DNA of 64,000 nt, taken from positions 202,347 through 266,346 of the forward strand of contig OY782499.1 of assembly GCA_963677815.1 (NCBI GenBank). Reading direction: 5' to 3'. Shown piece by piece: positions 1-7,890 of the stretch (position 1 is its first letter; each line of letters opens with the position of its first letter). The notes beneath the pieces were generated by a model that saw only the letters and a program-made list of their open reading frames with translations, searched no databases and was not told where the DNA came from. The translations under genes and the position numbers were made by a program. This stretch comes from Candidatus Cloacimonadales bacterium. Lineage in GTDB: Bacteria; Cloacimonadota; Cloacimonadia; Cloacimonadales; JAFGVF01.

Positions 1-3000
1 GTCTTGCTCATATAGATTTAAACAATTATGAGAAGGCTGTAGATTATTTTAGAGAATATTTGCATTTATGTAGTAAACACAGCAATCCTGAAGCAGAAAT
101 TATATTCTATCTTGCTTCAGCATTATTCAATTCTAATTCTTCAAATTTTGCCTTAGAGATAATTAAACAGTACTCTCCTGAAAACATTGATGTATTATGG
201 AAGATTAAAATTCTCCTTTTGAAGTCCGATATCTTAATGGAAGGTGAAGATTTTGATGAAGCTGGCCAGATAATAGATCAAGTAATTAGTATTGCTTTCC
301 AAATTGAAGATAAAAAAATTCAATCAAATATTCTTGGAGATACCAAAAAGTTATCTGGTAAATTATATTACTTTAAAAATGACTATGATAAGGCAGCTGA
401 TCTTTTTATGGATGCTGAAACTTATTACAAGAAGGCTGAGAATTTTATAGGTTTAGCAGCAGTTTATAATAACATTGGTGTATTGTATCAATTCAAGGGT
501 GAATATGATAATTCTGAAGAAATGTACAAGAAAAGCATGGAACTAGAGAAAAATAGATATAATTTAAAAGGAATATCAGTTTGTTATAATAACTTAGGTG
601 GTTTAATGGACGATAAGGGTAATCGTTTAGAATCGATCTACTACCTTAAAGAAGCTCTCCAAATTCAAACCTTACTTAATGATCCATATCAAATAACCAA
701 CATCTATAATAATTTAGGTGTTACATATATGGATGAGAAGAATTATAAAAATTCTGAAGATGCTTTTCGGAAGTCTTTAGAGATAGCAATAAATTTTAAT
801 TTCTTTAGAGTATTAATTCCTACATACAACAATCTAGGTACTCTTTTTAATTCTAAAGGCGACTGGGATAAAGCTATCGAATATTATCAAAAAGCTATTG
901 ATAAATGCCTTGAATATGATGATTTTGATGGACTTATTATTTCCTACAGCAATCTTGGTGAAATATATGAAAAGCGTGGTGAATTTAACATTGCCTATGA
1001 CCTATATTTTAAAGGATTAGAGCTTTTACCAAAAGTTAACGATGAGAATATTAAAGCTGATTTATATGGAAATATCGGTTCTGTACTAACTAATTTACAT
1101 AAGTTTAAGGAAGCTTATTCTTATCTGGTAGAAAGTCTAGATTTCTTTAAATCTGTAGATGCAAAACATAAAATAGTTGAAGGCTATCAAAAACAAGCTA
1201 TGTATTTTGTAATGACTCATAATTATGAAAGTGCAGCCTATTATTTAAATCAGGCATTAGCTATCGCAGAGGAATTAAATTTAACCAACGAGCTGGGTAA
1301 ATCATATTATCTGAAAGCAATTTTGGAAAGAGATGATGCTGAATCTGCTAAAGAATATATTCTAAAATCTATAGAACTCTTCTTATCTAATTCCAAGCAA
1401 TATGAATTAGCTCAAGCAAACTATCTTCTAGCAACTATTCTTGCAGAAGCACAAGACTGGGAACAGGCCTTAGAAATTCTCAATAACAATAGAAAATCTA
1501 TTAAAAAATTTGGTGCTATAAAACTTTTAGAAAAGAATGATATTCTTATTGCAAATATCACTAAAGAGCATAAGGCAGAATTAGAAGGTTCAAGAAATCA
1601 AGTAGAACTTACTAATAAATTTTATGAAATTACTAAAGACTTAGGAACTATAACTAATTTTGACACCCTGCTTGAAGAATCTTCAAATAAACTAGTAGAA
1701 TTTTCAGAAGCAGACAGTGCTATTGTATGTCTTTATAACAACCAAGCTATTAAAGATAGTTGGCAATACTTAAAACTTATAAACATTGAAAAAAGTGATA
1801 AATACTTTGATGTGATTATGGATATTGCTAAACAATCATATAGCTCATCCCAAAAAATTGACCATAAACAACCTAGTATAGCCCCAATCTATAATCATAT
1901 TGTGGCTTTTCCCCTATCTTTAAGAAATAAATCTCAAGGTGTAATTATTTTAATGACCAAGCATGGGACTCATTACTTCCCAGAGAAATCAATTAATATG
2001 ATTTCTGCCTTGTGTAATCAAATCATTGTTCTTATTGAAAATATTAGAACATCTGACTTAGAAAAAACTCATGCCCAAATTAGAGGTGAGTTAATCGAGT
2101 CAAATCCATTTAATATTATCGGTAAGAGTAAAAAAATGATGGAAATCTTTGATTTGATAAATAGAATTAAAGATACTCCAACTACGGTACTAGTAGAAGG
2201 ACCTAGTGGTACAGGTAAAGAGCTGATTGCTAGAGCAATTCACTATAGTTCTATCAGAAGAAATAAGCAATTTATAGCCCAATATTGTGGAGCATTACCT
2301 GAAACTCTTTTAGAATCAGAGCTCTTTGGTCATGTTAAAGGGTCCTTTACTGGAGCTGCATATGATAAAAAAGGTCTCTTGGAACTAGCTGATGGAGGTA
2401 CCTTCTTCTTAGATGAAATTGCTGATATTTCTCTTTCTACTCAAGCTAAATTACTCAGATTTTTACAAGAAGGGGAAGTAAAAAGAGTTGGTTCCACTAA
2501 AACTGAAAAAGTGAATGTCAGAGTTGTTTGTGCCACCAATGTTTCCTTGATTGATAAAGTTAAAACAGGTGAGTTCAGACTTGACCTTTATTACCGACTT
2601 AATGTTATCAGAATCCAAGTACCTGCCTTAACTGAGAGAAGAGATGATATTCCTCTTTTAGCAGTACATTTCCTAGATAAATACAATAAGCATATAAATA
2701 AGAAAGTTTCTGGTATTACTGATGAGGCTATGACTATTTTGAAGAATTATGAATGGCCAGGCAATGTTAGGCAGTTAGAAAATGAAATCGAAAGAGCTGT
2801 TACCCTTGCAGATAATAATGCTTTCATTAAGGCTGATGATGTATCTCCTGAGCTTATTCATTTTACGGCGAATAAAACAACTATAAATCTCTTATCAAAA
2901 CCTCAGTCATTAAAAGATGCAGTTGAAGAATTAGAGATTCAAATGATAACCCAAGCGTTAGAAGAAACAGAATGGAATCAAACCCAAGCTGCTAAAGCTA

Positions 3001-3062
3001 TTGGATTGAGCAGACAAGGATTAATCAAAAAAATAAAAAGGTATAATTTAGACAGAGAATAA
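1..3062 (+). CDS. sigma-54-dependent transcriptional activator (TPR array + GAF-like + AAA+ + Fis-type HTH); 5' end cut by window edge
   Basis: The frame stays open back to base 3 (LAHIDLNNYEKAVDYFREYL is itself TPR-like), so the TTG at 60 in the ORF track is probably not the start. About 500 aa of TPR-like repeats (recurrent YNNLG...Y..A) are followed by the sigma54-interaction core: Walker A GPSGTGKE, ESELFGH, GSFTGA (GAFTGA-loop variant) and Walker B FFLDEI. A C-terminal HTH reads QTQAAKAIGLSRQGLIKKI. Confidence 0.9.
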   Translation, partial: LAHIDLNNYEKAVDYFREYLHLCSKHSNPEAEIIFYLASALFNSNSSNFALEIIKQYSPENIDVLWKIKILLLKSDILMEGEDFDEAGQIIDQVISIAFQIEDKKIQSNILGDTKKLSGKLYYFKNDYDKAADLFMDAETYYKKAENFIGLAAVYNNIGVLYQFKGEYDNSEEMYKKSMELEKNRYNLKGISVCYNNLGGLMDDKGNRLESIYYLKEALQIQTLLNDPYQITNIYNNLGVTYMDEKNYKNSEDAFRKSLEIAINFNFFRVLIPTYNNLGTLFNSKGDWDKAIEYYQKAIDKCLEYDDFDGLIISYSNLGEIYEKRGEFNIAYDLYFKGLELLPKVNDENIKADLYGNIGSVLTNLHKFKEAYSYLVESLDFFKSVDAKHKIVEGYQKQAMYFVMTHNYESAAYYLNQALAIAEELNLTNELGKSYYLKAILERDDAESAKEYILKSIELFLSNSKQYELAQANYLLATILAEAQDWEQALEILNNNRKSIKKFGAIKLLEKNDILIANITKEHKAELEGSRNQVELTNKFYEITKDLGTITNFDTLLEESSNKLVEFSEADSAIVCLYNNQAIKDSWQYLKLINIEKSDKYFDVIMDIAKQSYSSSQKIDHKQPSIAPIYNHIVAFPLSLRNKSQGVIILMTKHGTHYFPEKSINMISALCNQIIVLIENIRTSDLEKTHAQIRGELIESNPFNIIGKSKKMMEIFDLINRIKDTPTTVLVEGPSGTGKELIARAIHYSSIRRNKQFIAQYCGALPETLLESELFGHVKGSFTGAAYDKKGLLELADGGTFFLDEIADISLSTQAKLLRFLQEGEVKRVGSTKTEKVNVRVVCATNVSLIDKVKTGEFRLDLYYRLNVIRIQVPALTERRDDIPLLAVHFLDKYNKHINKKVSGITDEAMTILKNYEWPGNVRQLENEIERAVTLADNNAFIKADDVSPELIHFTANKTTINLLSKPQSLKDAVEELEIQMITQALEETEWNQTQAAKAIGLSRQGLIKKIKRYNLDRE

Positions 3063-3069
3063 GGATGGT

Positions 3070-5931
3070 TTGGTGAAAAATGAAATTCTGCAAGCATTCA
3101 GTTTTGTTGCAGTTCAAATAAAAACAACAGGTATTAAACCTGAATCTAATAATATTGTTGAAATTGGGGCTACACTTTTCCAAAAAGGAGAAATTGTAGA
3201 CCAATTTCATTCTTATGTGCAAGCATCTTATGAAATATCTCCTGTTGCCCTTGCTTCTATGAATATTTCTCTTAATACTTTGAATCATTATGGGCAACCC
3301 TTAAAGAATGTTCTGAAAGAACTTGATGAATTTATTAAAGACCAAACTATACTATTCTTTAATGATATGAATCAGTCTTCTTTTTTAACTCATCATATAA
3401 TCCAACAGAACATTACCCCCTTCTTAGATTATCATTATGACCTACACGAGCTGATGAAAATCTATTTTCCCTTTTCACAACATTTTGATATTGAACAATT
3501 ATGTAAAAATTTAGACGATAAAACTGAAATTTCTAGTAATTGCCAAGATACATCTAAACTCCTTGGTCAATTATTCTATGAAATGATAGACTATATAGTA
3601 GATAATATACCCTATCCCAAAAATAGAATTCTTTATCAACTTGCTGCCATAGCTAACCTTGATAGTGATATAAATTCTGTTCTTCTTAAAATAACTGAAT
3701 ACCAGCAAAAAACAGCTTTAGTTAAAAATCAAGAATCTACTATTAGGCATTCCCAAGTTAACTTTCTTCAATCTCAAGTTAAGACTGCAGAATATCCAAC
3801 TATCAATCAAGTTTTAGGAGAAGAAGGACTATTTGCCCAAAAGTTCCCTAATTATGAAGAAAGGCAAGGGCAAATAATGATGGCTCAAGCAGTAGAGAAA
3901 GCTTTTTTACAAGACCAGTTACTGCTAGTTGAAGCTGGAACTGGTGTTGGTAAATCCTTTGCCTATCTTATACCTGCCATTGAATACTCTACTAGAACTA
4001 AAAGCAAAGTTATCATTTCAACTAATACAAAAAATCTACAGGAACAACTATTTTTTAAAGACCTGCCTACTTTAGCTGAAATATTGCCTCTTAGTTTTAA
4101 AGCTTTAATTGTTAAAGGACGAGAAAACTACATTTGTCTAAAGAGATGGCTTGAAACATCTTTGAATATAAATTCTCTAACAAATTATGAAGCTCAGGGT
4201 CTGCTTTATTTAGTAATTTGGCAAAGTCAGACTAAAACTGGAGATATTTCTGAGAACAATGCTTTTGATAAAACTAAATTCCCTGCATCTTGGCGACTAG
4301 TTGTTTCAGAGAGATATTTTTGTGGTGGTATGAATCGCTGTTCTCATAGTTCATCCTGCCATGTTATGTTTATTAAGAAGAAATTAGATGAAGCAGGTCT
4401 TGTAGTAGTTAATCATTCTCTGTTGCTCTCAGATTTAATGAATGAGAAAAAGACACTTGGTGAATATAGTAGAGTAGTTATTGACGAAGCTCATAATCTC
4501 CCAGGAGTAGCTGGTAAACATCTAGGCTTTAGTTTAACTTATTTCGATATTAATCAACTACTAAATCATATAGTTTTTATTAAGCAAAAGAAGAAAATAG
4601 GTCTTTTACCTAATTTCCTGAATATTATTGAGAATACTTTGCAAGATAGTCAAACGTCCAAATCTCATTTCATTTCCCAAACAAACTCCATAATTGATTT
4701 TATAGCTGAGAATAAAAAAATGTTTTCAGACTTGTTTAATAAATTATCGCATATTGTTGAAGAAAAAGGTTCTTTTGGAAAATTCAGATTAAAAAATGCT
4801 CAAGCAATTCCAGATTTCCAAGCCAGCTTTTCTGAACTAAGAACTAGCTGGAATACCCTTTTGCAAAAGTTTTTTAGGCTTACTGAACTTCTACGAATGA
4901 CCTCAAAAGATCTTATTCATCAGTATGATAAATATCTTTCTGATTTTGAAGGAATCTATCAACAGTTAACTGAAATTGATGAATCTCTATTAAAATTATC
5001 CCAGCCTGATTGGGCTGATAATGTAATCTGGTTAGAGCAAATTGCCTCAAGAAATAGTGATTTTCCACTAGTGATAATCAATTATGCACCAATTGAAGTT
5101 AATGAAAAACTACATGGTTTTCTCTATAATGCAGTTGATACCCTAGTTATGACTTCTGCAACCCTTGCTATAAGAGGGGTCTTCAAATTTTTCATGAATC
5201 AATCGGGGTTATCTTTGCTGGAAGACAAGGCAATTGAGCAAATAACTGTTCCTTCTCCCTTCGATTATGATCAGCAGTCAAAACTATTTATTCCAAACTT
5301 CTTACCTTTTCCTAAAGATAGTTTCTATGTCGACCAATCACTTAAAATTCTCAACACTTTGATTTCTAATACTCGGCAAGGTTCTATGGTTCTTTTTACT
5401 TCTTATAAAGACCTAAACTATGCTTATAGAGAACTCCAAGAACCTCTCTTTGAACAAGGAATCAAACTTCTTGCTCAAGGTATTTCTGGTTCTCGTAATT
5501 CTATTTTAAATGAATTCAAAAGAAATAAGAATTCTGTTCTTCTAGGCACTTCTTCTTTCTGGGAAGGAGTTGATGTACAAGGAGATTCCTTATCTCAACT
5601 CATAGTTTTTAAGCTCCCTTTCCAAGTTCCTTCAGAGCCTATGGTAGAAGCTTATATTGAAAAACTAGAATCTCAAAAGAAAAACTCCTTTATGCACTTT
5701 ATGCTTCCAAATGCTCTACTTAAAGTTAGACAAGGTTTTGGAAGATTGATAAGAAGCAAACAAGACAAAGGAGTAGTTGTTATCCTTGATAAAAGAGTAA
5801 TCACAACCAGATATGGAGATTATTTCCGTCAGATTTTGCCTTGCAAATTACAAATTATAAATACTGATTTAGAACTTGTTGAAGTTACCAATAAATTCTT
5901 TAACACTTTAGAGGATAAAAGTAATGTATAA
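3070..5931 (+). CDS. dinG: DinG-family ATP-dependent DNA helicase with N-terminal DnaQ-like (apparently degenerate) exonuclease domain
   Basis: GTG start lies 8 nt after the upstream stop. Helicase motif I is AGTGVGKS and motif II is VIDEAHNL. Four Cys (YICLKR, YFCGG, NRCSH, SSCHV) fit the XPD/DinG Fe-S domain, and the C-terminal FWEGVD and GRLIRS motifs are present. The N-terminal ~170 aa resembles an epsilon-type exonuclease, but Exo I reads VQIKTTG instead of D-x-E. Confidence 0.85.
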   Translation: MVKNEILQAFSFVAVQIKTTGIKPESNNIVEIGATLFQKGEIVDQFHSYVQASYEISPVALASMNISLNTLNHYGQPLKNVLKELDEFIKDQTILFFNDMNQSSFLTHHIIQQNITPFLDYHYDLHELMKIYFPFSQHFDIEQLCKNLDDKTEISSNCQDTSKLLGQLFYEMIDYIVDNIPYPKNRILYQLAAIANLDSDINSVLLKITEYQQKTALVKNQESTIRHSQVNFLQSQVKTAEYPTINQVLGEEGLFAQKFPNYEERQGQIMMAQAVEKAFLQDQLLLVEAGTGVGKSFAYLIPAIEYSTRTKSKVIISTNTKNLQEQLFFKDLPTLAEILPLSFKALIVKGRENYICLKRWLETSLNINSLTNYEAQGLLYLVIWQSQTKTGDISENNAFDKTKFPASWRLVVSERYFCGGMNRCSHSSSCHVMFIKKKLDEAGLVVVNHSLLLSDLMNEKKTLGEYSRVVIDEAHNLPGVAGKHLGFSLTYFDINQLLNHIVFIKQKKKIGLLPNFLNIIENTLQDSQTSKSHFISQTNSIIDFIAENKKMFSDLFNKLSHIVEEKGSFGKFRLKNAQAIPDFQASFSELRTSWNTLLQKFFRLTELLRMTSKDLIHQYDKYLSDFEGIYQQLTEIDESLLKLSQPDWADNVIWLEQIASRNSDFPLVIINYAPIEVNEKLHGFLYNAVDTLVMTSATLAIRGVFKFFMNQSGLSLLEDKAIEQITVPSPFDYDQQSKLFIPNFLPFPKDSFYVDQSLKILNTLISNTRQGSMVLFTSYKDLNYAYRELQEPLFEQGIKLLAQGISGSRNSILNEFKRNKNSVLLGTSSFWEGVDVQGDSLSQLIVFKLPFQVPSEPMVEAYIEKLESQKKNSFMHFMLPNALLKVRQGFGRLIRSKQDKGVVVILDKRVITTRYGDYFRQILPCKLQIINTDLELVEVTNKFFNTLEDKSNV

Positions 5932-6817
5932 TTCCCTTATTACTAAATATTCACCAGATTATCTGCTTGAAGATGAAAAACTATCTAAACATACATCTTT
6001 TAAAATTGGTGGTCCAGCAGACATCTTCTTAATGCCTGATTCTCTTCTACTTCTCCAAGATATGATTAAAGAAGTTAGCCGATTAAATTTAAAATCTATG
6101 GTAATTGGGGGCGGGAATAATCTTCTGTTTGCAGATTCTGGTTTCCGAGGTGTTATCATATCAACTGAAAAGCTTAATAGATTAAGCCTTGAAGGAAATA
6201 CCATCACTGCTCAATGTGGGGTATCACTTAAAGAACTTACAGCTTTTGCTTTGGAAAACTCTTTATCAGGTCTAGAATTTGCTTGTGGTATCCCTGGTTC
6301 TGTTGGCGGTGCTGTCTTTATGAACGCTGGTGCTTACGGAGGAGAAATGAAAGATGTCATTATCTCTGTAGATTATCTTGATCATGATGATGTAATCCGA
6401 AATCATGCCTTAACAGGTCATAACTTTGACTATCGGACAAGTATTTATCAGCAGAGAAACTACCTTGTCCTAGAAACTAGACTCAAATTAACTCCAAGTT
6501 ATAAAGATCAAATCCAAGCTAGAATGGATGACTTGCAAGCAAGAAGACAAGCTAAACAACCTCTGGAGTATCCTAGTGCAGGTTCTGTTTTTCGCCGACC
6601 AGAAGGTCACTTTGTTGGTAAGCTTATTGATGATTGTGGTCTAAGAGGTTATTCCATCGGCGGAGCTCAAATCTCAGAAAAACACTCTGGTTTTATTATC
6701 AACAAGGGAAATGCTACAGCTGATGATGTTATCAAGCTTATAAGTTATATTCAAGAAAGTGTAAAGTGCAAATTCCAAGTTGCACTTCATACTGAAGTTA
6801 GAATTATTGACCCTTGA
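5924..6817 (+). CDS. murB: UDP-N-acetylenolpyruvoylglucosamine reductase
   Basis: MurB motifs are present: KHTSFKIGGPADIF, GGGNNLL, GIPGSVGGAVFMNAGAYGGE, PSAGSVFRRP and SEKHSGFIIN. It overlaps the dinG stop by 8 nt. Confidence 0.95.
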   Translation: MYNSLITKYSPDYLLEDEKLSKHTSFKIGGPADIFLMPDSLLLLQDMIKEVSRLNLKSMVIGGGNNLLFADSGFRGVIISTEKLNRLSLEGNTITAQCGVSLKELTAFALENSLSGLEFACGIPGSVGGAVFMNAGAYGGEMKDVIISVDYLDHDDVIRNHALTGHNFDYRTSIYQQRNYLVLETRLKLTPSYKDQIQARMDDLQARRQAKQPLEYPSAGSVFRRPEGHFVGKLIDDCGLRGYSIGGAQISEKHSGFIINKGNATADDVIKLISYIQESVKCKFQVALHTEVRIIDP

Positions 6818-6870
6818 TTGTTACTCTCTCTATAAATTTCCAATGATTTATCGAGAGAGTAACAATCAAG
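6813..6870 (+). repeat. 58-bp long-stem hairpin element (family 4), copy A; contains the murB stop codon
   Basis: CTTGATTGTTACTCTCTC-N22-GAGAGAGTAACAATCAAG forms a perfect 18-bp stem. The murB TGA (6815-6817) lies inside the left arm. Confidence 0.95.
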
Positions 6871-6950
6871 AGATTATATTAAAATATAAGGCTCTCTCTC
6901 AAGTAAAGTTGGTCTTAGAAAAATAATGAAGAATATTTGATGATGCATCA

Positions 6951-7091
6951 GCTGTGAAAGGGGATTAATACTCTCCCCGGTCTACACGACCACCCCTCTC
7001 AAACGCTCTTTCGAGCTGAAAGGGGATTAATACTCTCCCCGGTCTACACGACCACCCCTCTCAAACGCTCTTTCGAGCTGAAAGGGGATTT
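6951..7091 (+). repeat. 62-bp tandem repeat, ~2.2 copies (family 2)
   Basis: The unit is GCTGAAAGGGGATTAATACTCTCCCCGGTCTACACGACCACCCCTCTCAAACGCTCTTTCGA. GGGATT recurs at 6961, 7023 and 7085, giving a 62-bp period. Confidence 0.95.
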
Positions 7092-7157
7092 ACATGGGTC
7101 GAGGGATTCTAGCCCACGGTTACGCAGATGGCGGAGAAAATCTCCACCGTCCGACAG
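7074..7157 (+). repeat. mosaic repeat modules shared (inverted) with 20477-20709
   Basis: GAGCTGAAAGGGGATTTACATGGGTCGAGGGATTCTAGCCCACGG matches the reverse complement of 20477-20520. GGCGGAGAAAATCTCCACCGTCCGACA (7130-7156) matches the reverse complement of 20683-20709, with a compensatory G:C to T:A stem change. Confidence 0.85.
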
Positions 7158-7159
7158 AT

Positions 7160-7186
7160 GCGGATGTTGTCATCCGCATTCCCAGT
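7160..7186 (-). repeat. single REP (GCGGATGTTGTCATCCGCATTCCCAGTT)
   Basis: Matches the REP consensus with the GCGGATG...CATCCGC stem variant, 15 nt from the stop of the rubrerythrin-like gene. Confidence 0.9.
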
Positions 7187-7200
7187 TAGGAGAAATAAAT

Positions 7201-7656
7201 CTACTCATATTTTTCTAGTCTAGCAGTAATCTTATTCACATGCCCTATTTCCTGTAATCTCAAATCTTCGAACACTTTAAGAGCAAAGTCATCTAAAGCA
7301 GTAAAAGTCTTAAACATTTCATAAGCTTTAGCAGTGTTCTTTTCTCGATTTAATGCAATTTTTAAAACATCAACAGGGGAATAAGAATTTTTTATTTCAT
7401 CAGTATTAATTAACATTTCAAGTAACGCTTTTTCAATATTGATAGTTTTCTCTAGTTCTTGTCTGCTAAGTTTTCCCTCTTCTAGCAACTCTCTTAACCT
7501 GTTATAATGACCAGTTTCTTCTTCAGCTAATTGACTTAATATCTCTTTAACTTGAGAATCTTGAACTATTTCAGTAGCCTTCTTATAAAAAGAAAAACTT
7601 TCTAATTCTATTTTTTCTGCATATTCGATAATTTCTCTTAAATTTAATTCTCTCAT
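7201..7656 (-). CDS. ferritin-like / rubrerythrin-family diiron protein (no rubredoxin domain)
   Basis: 151 aa and predicted all-helical. Two E-x-x-H metal motifs (EEETGH and LQEIGH) are each preceded by a helix with a conserved Glu, as in rubrerythrin-like four-helix bundles. Confidence 0.7.
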   Translation of the reverse strand: MRELNLREIIEYAEKIELESFSFYKKATEIVQDSQVKEILSQLAEEETGHYNRLRELLEEGKLSRQELEKTINIEKALLEMLINTDEIKNSYSPVDVLKIALNREKNTAKAYEMFKTFTALDDFALKVFEDLRLQEIGHVNKITARLEKYE

Positions 7657-7684
7657 GATTACTCCTGTTATTATTTATTTTTTT

Positions 7685-7719
7685 GGAACACCCCCTATCT
7701 TCCCCCTCTCGGAGGGGGA
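7685..7719 (+). repeat. family-3 G5/C5 hairpin element (GGAACACCCCCTATCTTCCCCCTCtcgGAGGGGGA)
   Basis: One of four copies; the others are at 24158-24194 and 24273-24309 (inverted) and 41242-41278. Confidence 0.9.
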
Positions 7720-7736
7720 AATAGGACATCAAAATC

Positions 7737-7886
7737 ATTACGAGCTGAAAGGGGATTGTTTACTCTCCCCGGTCTTCTCGACCACCCCTCTCAAACGCTC
7801 TTACGAGCTGAAAGGGGATTGTTTACTCTCCCCGGTCTTCTCGACCACCCCTCTCAAACGCTCTTACGAGCTGAAAGGGGATTTAG
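7737..7886 (+). repeat. 63-bp tandem repeat, ~2.3 copies (family 2, ~90% identical to the 6951 array, same orientation)
   Basis: The unit is GCTGAAAGGGGATTGTTTACTCTCCCCGGTCTTCTCGACCACCCCTCTCAAACGCTCTTACGA, starting at 7744, 7807 and 7870. The array ends about 5 nt before the stop codon at 7891 of the NuoI-GltD gene. Confidence 0.95.
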
Positions 7887-7890
7887 GGGG

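Noticed and set aside
3025-3297. Antisense or overlapping short ORFs inside well-supported genes: 3025-3297, 5959-6207, 7958-8386, 10432-10686, 11505-11720, 16910-17092, 17639-17830, 18161-18556, 18652-18849, 19427-19624, 21404-21607, 21980-22270, 28872-29147, 32044-32361, 38714-38953, 48009-48203, 50091-50285, 54720-54950 and 55016-55240.
   Set aside because: Each lies entirely within, or opposite to, a longer ORF that has clear family motifs. None has an RBS or a recognisable domain.
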